From: the human T2T-CHM13v2.0 reference genome, Homo sapiens
Strand: one strand, 5' to 3'
Assembly: GCF_009914755.1 (NCBI RefSeq)
Contig: NC_060925.1
DNA: 64,000 nt
Each line of letters starts with the position of its first letter. The first letter of the stretch is position 1. The translations under genes were made by a program, and so were the position numbers. The notes under the pieces were generated by a model. That model was not told the DNA's origin, made no database searches, and saw only the letters and a program-made list of their open reading frames with translations. Positions 57,001 through 64,000 of this stretch are shown piece by piece.

Positions 57001-60000
57001 AATGGAATCACCGAATAGAATCGAATGGAACAATCATCGAATGGACTCAAATGGAATTATCCTCAAATGGAATCGAATGGAATTATCGAATGCAATCGAA
57101 TGGAATTATCGAATGCAATCGAATAGAATCATCGAATGGACTCGAATGGAATCATCGAATGGAATGGAATGGAACAGTCAATGAACTCGAATGGAATCAT
57201 CATTGAATGGAATCGAATGGAATCATCGAGTGGAATCGAATGGAATTATGATCAAATGGAATCGAATGTAATAATCATCAAATGGAATCAAAAATAACCA
57301 TCATCAATTGGTATTGAATGGAATTGTCATCAAATGGAATTCAAAGGAATCATCATCAAATGGAACCGAATGGAATCCTCATTGAATGGAAATGAAAGGG
57401 GTCATCATCTAATGGAATCGCATGGAATCATCATCAAATGGAATCGAATGGAATCATCATCAAATGGAATCTAATGGAATCATTGAACAGAATTGAATGG
57501 AATCTTCATCGAATGAATTGAATGCAATCATCGAATGGTCTCGAATGGAATCATCTTCTAATGGAAAGGAATGGAATCATCGCATAGAATCGAATGGAAT
57601 TATCATCGAATGGAATCGAATGGTATGAACACCAAACGGAAAAAAACGGAATTATCGAATGGAATCGAAGAGAATCTTCGAACGGACCCGAATGGAATCA
57701 TCTAATGGAATGGAATGGAATAATCCATCGACTCGAATGCAATCATCATCGAATGGAATCGAATGGAATCATCGAATGGACTCGAATGGAATAATCATTG
57801 AACGGAATCGAATGGAATCATCATCGGATGGAAACGAATGGAATCATCATCGAATGGAAATGAAAGGAGTCATCATCTAATGGAATTGCATGGAATCATC
57901 ATAAAATGGAATCGAATGGAATCAACATCAAATGGAATCAAATGGAATCATTGAACGGAATTGAATGGAATCGTCATCGAATGAATTGACTGCAATCATC
58001 GAATGGTCTCGAATGGAATCATCTTCAAATGGAATGGAATGGAATCATCCCATAGAATCGAATGGAATTATCATCGAATGGAATCGAATGGAATCAACAT
58101 CCAACGGAAAAAAACGGAATTATCGAATGGAATCGAAGAGAATCATCGAATGGACCCGAATGGAATCATCTAATGGAATGGAATGGAATAATCCATGGAC
58201 TCGAATGCAATCATCATCGAATGGAATCGAATGGAATCATCGAATGGACTCGAATGGAATAATCATTGAACGGAATCGAATGGAATCATCATCGGATGGA
58301 AATGAATGGAATCATCATCGAATGGAATCGAATAGAATTATGGAATGAAATCCAGTGTGATCATCATCGAATGGACCCGAATGGAATCATCATCCAACGG
58401 AAGCTAACGGAATCAACATCGAATGAATCGAATGGAAACACCATCGAATTGAAACGAATGGAATTATCATGAAATTGAAATGGATGGACTCATCATCGAA
58501 TGGATTCGAATGGAATCATCGAATAAAATTGATTGAAATCATCATCCAATGGAATCGAATGGTATCATTGAATGGAATCGAATGGAATCATCATCAGATG
58601 GAAATGAATGGAATCGTCATAGAATGGAATCGAATGGATTCATTGAATGGAATCAGATGGAATCATCGAATGGACTGGAATGGAATCATTGAATGGACTC
58701 GAAAGGGATCATGATTGAATGGAATTGAATGGAATCATCGAATGGTCTCGATTGGAATCATTATCAAATGGAATCGAATGGAATCACCGAATAGAATCGA
58801 ATGGAACAATCATCGAATGGACTCAAATGGAATTATCCTCCAATGGAATCGAATGGAATTATCGAATGCAATCGAATGGAATTATCGAATGCAATCGAAT
58901 AGAATCATCGAATGGACTCGAATGGAATCATCGAATGGAATGGAATGGAACAGTCAATGAACTCGAATGGAATCATCATTGAATGGAATCGAATGGAATC
59001 ATCGAGTGGAATCGAATGGAATTATGATCAAATGGAATCGAATGTAATCATCATGAAATGGAATCAAAAATAACCATCATCAATTGGTATTGAATGGAAT
59101 TGTCATCAAATGGAATTCAAAGGAATCATCATCAAATGGAACCGAATGGAATCCTCATTGAATGGAAATGAAAGGGGTCATCATCTAATGGAATCGCATG
59201 GAATCATCATCAAATGGAATCGAATGGAATCATCATCAAATGGAATCTAATGGAATCATTGAACAGAATTGAATGGAATCGTCATCAAATGAATTGAATG
59301 CAATCATCGAATGGTCTCGAATGGAATCATCTTCTAATGGAAAGGAATGGAATCATCGCATAGAATCGAATGGAATTATCATCGAATGGAATCGAATGGT
59401 ATCAACACCAAACGGAAAAAAACGGAATTATCGAATGGAATCGAAGAGAATCTTCGAACGGACCCGAATGGAATCATCTAATGGAATGGAATGGAATAAT
59501 CCATGGACTCGAATGCAATCATCATCGAATGGAATGGAATGGAATCATCGAATGGACTCGAATGGAATAATCATTGAACGGAATCGAATGGAATCATCAT
59601 CGGATGGAAACGAATGGAATCATCATCGAATGGAAATGAAAGGAGTCATCATCTAATGGAATTGCATGGAATCATCATAAAATGGAATCGAATGGAATCA
59701 ACATCAAATGGAATCAAATGGAATCATTGAACGGAATTGAATGGAATCGTCATCGAATGAATTGACTGCAATCATCGAATGGTCTCGAATGGAATCATCT
59801 TCAAATGGAATGGAATGGAATCATCGCATAGAATCGAATGGAATTATCATCGAATGGAATCGAATGGAATCAACATCAAACGGAAAAAAACAGAATTATC
59901 GTATGGAATCGAAGAGAATCATCGAATGGACCCGAATGGAATCATCTAATGGAATGGAATGGAATAATCCATGGACTCGAATGCAATCATCATCGAATGG

Positions 60001-63000
60001 AATCGAATGGAATCATCGAATGGACTCGAATGGAATAATCATTGAACGGAATCGAATGGAATCATCATCGGATGGAAATGAATGGAATCATCATCGAATG
60101 GAATCGAATAGAATTATGGAATGAAATCCAGTGTGATCATCATCGAATGGACCCGAATGGAATCATCATCCAACGGAAGCTAATGGAATCAACATCGAAT
60201 GAATCGAATGGAAACACCATCGAATTGAAACGAATGGAATTATCATGAAATTGAAATGGATGGACTCATCATCGAATGGATTCGAATGGAATCATCGAAT
60301 AAAATTGATTGAAATCATCATCAAATGGAATCGAATGGTATCATTGAATGGAATCGAATGGAATCATCATCAGATGGAAATGAATGGAATCGTCATAGAA
60401 TGGAATCGAATGGATTCATTGAATGGAATCAGATGGAATCATCGAATGGACTGGAATGGAATCATTGAATGGACTCGAAAGGGATCATGATTGAATGGAA
60501 TTGAATGGAATCATCGAATGGTCTCGATTGGAATCATTACCAAATGGAATCGAATGGAATCACCGAATAGAATCGAATGGAACAATCATCGAATGGACTC
60601 AAATGGAATTATCCTCCAATGGAATCGAATGGAATTATCGAATGCAATCGAATGGAATTATCGAATGCAATCGAATAGAATCATCGAATGGACTCGAATG
60701 GAATCATCGAATGGAATGGAATGGAACAGTCAATGAACTCGAATGGAATCATCATTGAATGGAATCGAATGGAATCATCGAGTGGAATCGAATGGAATTA
60801 TGATCAAATGGAATCGAATGTAATCATCATGAAATGGAATCAAAAATAACCATCATCAATTGGTATTGAATGGAATTGTCATCAAATGGAATTCAAAGGA
60901 ATCATCATCAAATGGAACCGAATGGAATCCTCATTGAATGGAAATGAAAGGGGTCATCATCTAATGGAATCGCATGGAATCATCATCAAATGGAATCGAA
61001 TGGAATCATCATCAAATGGAATCTAATGGAATCATTGAACAGAATTGAATGGAATCGTCATCAAATGAATTGAATGCAATCATCGAATGGTCTCGAATGG
61101 AATCATCTTCTAATGGAAAGGAATGGAATCATCGCATAGAATCGAATGGAATTATCATCGAATGGAATCGAATGGTATCAACACCAAACGGAAAAAAACG
61201 GAATTATCGAATGGAATCGAAGAGAATCTTCGAACGGACCCGAATGGAATCATCTAATGGAATGGAATGGAATAATCCATGGACTCGAATGCAATCATCA
61301 TCGAATGGAATGGAATGGAATCATCGAATGGACTCGAATGGAATAATCATTGAACGGAATCGAATGGAATCATCATCGGATGGAAACGAATGGAATCATC
61401 ATCGAATGGAAATGAAAGGAGTCATCATCTAATGGAATTGCATGGAATCATCATAAAATGGAATCGAATGGAATCAACATCAAATGGAATCAAATGGAAT
61501 CATTGAACGGAATTGAATGGAATCGTCATCGAATGAATTGACTGCAATCATCGAATGGTCTCGAATGGAATCATCTTCAAATGGAATGGAATGGAATCAT
61601 CGCATAGAATCGAATGGAATTATCATCGAATGGAATCGAATGGAATCAACATCAAACGGAAAAAAACAGAATTATCGTATGGAATCGAAGAGAATCATCG
61701 AATGGACCCGAATGGAATCATCTAATGGAATGGAATGGAATAATCCATGGACTCGAATGCAATCATCATCGAATGGAATCGAATGGAATCATCGAATGGA
61801 CTCGAATGGAATAATCATTGAACGGAATCGAATGGAATCATCATCGGATGGAAATGAATGGAATCATCATCGAATGGAATCGAATAGAATTATGGAATGA
61901 AATCCAGTGTGATCATCATCGAATGGACCCGAATGGAATCATCATCCAACGGAAGCTAATGGAATCAACATCGAATTAATCGAATGGAAACACCATCGAA
62001 TTGAAACGAATGGAATTATCATGAAATTGAAATGGATGGACTCATCATCGAATGGATTCGAATGGAATCATCGAATAAAATTGATTGAAATCATCATCAA
62101 ATGGAATCGAATGGTATCATTGAATGGAATCGAATGGAATCATCATCAGATGGAAATGAATGGAATCGTCATAGAATGGAATCGAATGGATTCATTGAAT
62201 GGAATCAGATGGAATCATCGAATGGACTGGAATGGAATCATTGAATGGACTCGAAAGGGATCATTATTGAATGGAATTGAATGGAATCATCGAATGGTCT
62301 CGATTGGAATCATTACCAAATGGAATCGAATGGAATCACCGAATAGAATCGAATGGAACAATCATCGAATGGACTCAAATGGAATTATCCTCAAATGGAA
62401 TCGAATGGAATTATCGAATGCAATCGAATGGAATTATCGAATGCAATCGAATAGAATCATCGAAAGGACTCGAATGGAATCATCGAATGGAATGGAATGG
62501 AACAGTCAATGAACTCGAATGGAATCATCATTGAATGGAATCGAATGGAATCATCGAGTGGAATCGAATGGAATTATGATCAAATGGAATCGAATGTAAT
62601 CATCATCAAATGGAATAAAAAATAACCATCATCAATTGGTATTGAATGGAATTGTCATCAAATGGAATTCAAAGGAATCATCATCAAATGGAACCGAATG
62701 GAATCCTCATTGAATGGAAATGAAAGGGGTCATCATCTAATGGAATCGCATGGAATCATCATCAAATGGAATCGAATGGAATCATCATCAAATGGAATCT
62801 AATGGAATCATTGAACAGAATTGAATGGAATCGTCATCGAATGAATTGAATGCAATCATCGAATGGTCTCGAATGGAATCATCTTCTAATGGAAAGGAAT
62901 GGAATCATCGCATAGAATCGAATGGAATTATCATCGAATGGAATCGAATGGTATCAACACCAAACGGAAAAAAACGGAATTATCGAATGGAATCGAAGAG

Positions 63001-64000
63001 AATCTTCGAACGGACCCGAATGGAATCATCTAATGGAATGGAATGGAATAATCCATGGACTCGAATGCAATCATCATCGAATGGAATCGAATGGAATCAT
63101 CGAATGGACTCGAATGGAATAATCATTGAACGGAATCGAATGGAATCATCATCGGATGGAAACGAATGGAATCATCATCGAATGGAAATGAAAGGAGTCA
63201 TCATCTAATGGAATTGCATGGAATCATCATAAAATGGAATCGAATGGAATCAACATCAAATGGAATCAAATGGAATCATTGAACGGAATTGAATGGAATC
63301 GTCATCGAATGAATTGACTGCAATCATCGAATGGTCTCGAATGGAATCATCTTCAAATGGAATGGAATGGAATCATCGCATGGAATCGAATGGAATTATC
63401 ATCGAATGGAATCGAATGGAATCAACATCCAACGGAAAAAAACAGAATTATCGTATGGAATCGAAGAGAATCATCGAATGGACCCGAATGGAATCATCTA
63501 ATGGAATGGAATGGAATAATTCATGGACTCGAATGCAATCATCATCGAATGGAATCGAATGGAATCATCGAATGGACTCGAATGGAATAATCATTGATCG
63601 GAATCGAATGGAATCATCATCGGATGGAAATGAATGGAATCATCATCGAATGGAATCGAATAGAATTATGGAATGAAATCCAGTGTGATCATCATCGAAT
63701 GGACCCGAATGGAATCATCATCCAACGGAAGCTAATGGAATCAACATCGAATGAATCGAATGGAAACACCATCGAATTGAAACGAATGGAATTATCATGA
63801 AATTGAAATGGATGGACTCATCATCGAATGGATTCGAATGGAATCATCGAATAAAATTGATTGAAATCATCATCAAATGGAATCGAATGGTATCATTGAA
63901 TGGAATCGAATGGAATCATCATCAGATGGAAATGAATGGAATCGTCATAGAATGGAATCGAATGGATTCATTGAATGGAATCAGATGGAATCATCGAATG

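Larger units (their letters stand above)
1..64000 (+). repeat. Human satellite II (HSATII/HSat2) tandem array with 1776-bp unit, probably 1q12 pericentromeric heterochromatin
   Basis: Continuous GAATGGAATC(ATC)0-2 motifs with dense ATCGAATG (reverse complement CATTCGATTC, the HSat2 hallmark) rather than pure (GGAAT)n. Landmarks AAACGGAAAAAAACGG, ATCCAGTGTGATC and CAAAAATAACC recur with a 1776-bp period, with one GAATTC per unit. Confidence 0.97.

Noticed and set aside
87-63800. Hundreds of 60-163 aa plus-strand ORFs (MESSSNG/IEWNHR-type)
   Set aside because: (GAATG)n is ATG-rich and has no stop in any frame. The ORFs overlap in all three frames and are broken freely by stops and frameshifts between copies. 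Database hits to such 'hypothetical proteins' are known to arise from human satellite contamination.
1-64000. CRISPR-like or other prokaryotic repeat-spacer system
   Set aside because: There are no unique spacers, no cas or other genes, and no non-satellite sequence.
1-64000. HSat3 / DYZ1, alpha satellite or telomeric repeat
   Set aside because: Pure GGAAT runs are limited to about three copies, ATCATCGAATG modules dominate, and there is no 171-bp monomer or TTAGGG.
1-64000. Inversion or embedded Alu/L1 insertion
   Set aside because: No CATTC-strand block, poly-A tail or foreign sequence was seen; anchor spacings account for the full length.

Overview
The whole 64 kb is one uninterrupted, single-orientation tandem array of human satellite II (HSATII/HSat2), shown on the purine-rich GAATG strand. 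It contains no genes, RNA genes, transposons, CRISPR arrays or inversions, and all listed ORFs are artefacts of the stop-poor GAATG repeat. Degenerate 5-mers form 10/13-bp blocks (GAATGGAATC, GAATGGAATCATC), which form 23/26-bp modules and then a 1776-bp unit. That unit contains a 468-bp internal tandem duplication (A/B) and one EcoRI site, matching the classic 1.77-kb chromosome 1q12 satellite (D1Z1/pUC1.77 type); the chromosome assignment is from knowledge, not alignment. Anchoring on the start of copy A gives 39 anchors (955 to 62825) and these unit lengths: 1753,1776,1063,1308,1776,1766,1776,1059,1776,1766,1776,1036,1776,1059,1766,1772,1059,1766,1772x6,1771,1063,1776,1063,1776x3,1753,1776,1776,1775,1776x3. 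I found no new protein-coding system. The real signal is the array's mutational history: a recurrent 713-bp deletion unit, several local multi-unit super-repeats, gene-conversion tracts including a ~210-bp patch from a diverged donor, and periodic DUX4-type motifs. All variant calls were made by eye and need alignment to confirm.
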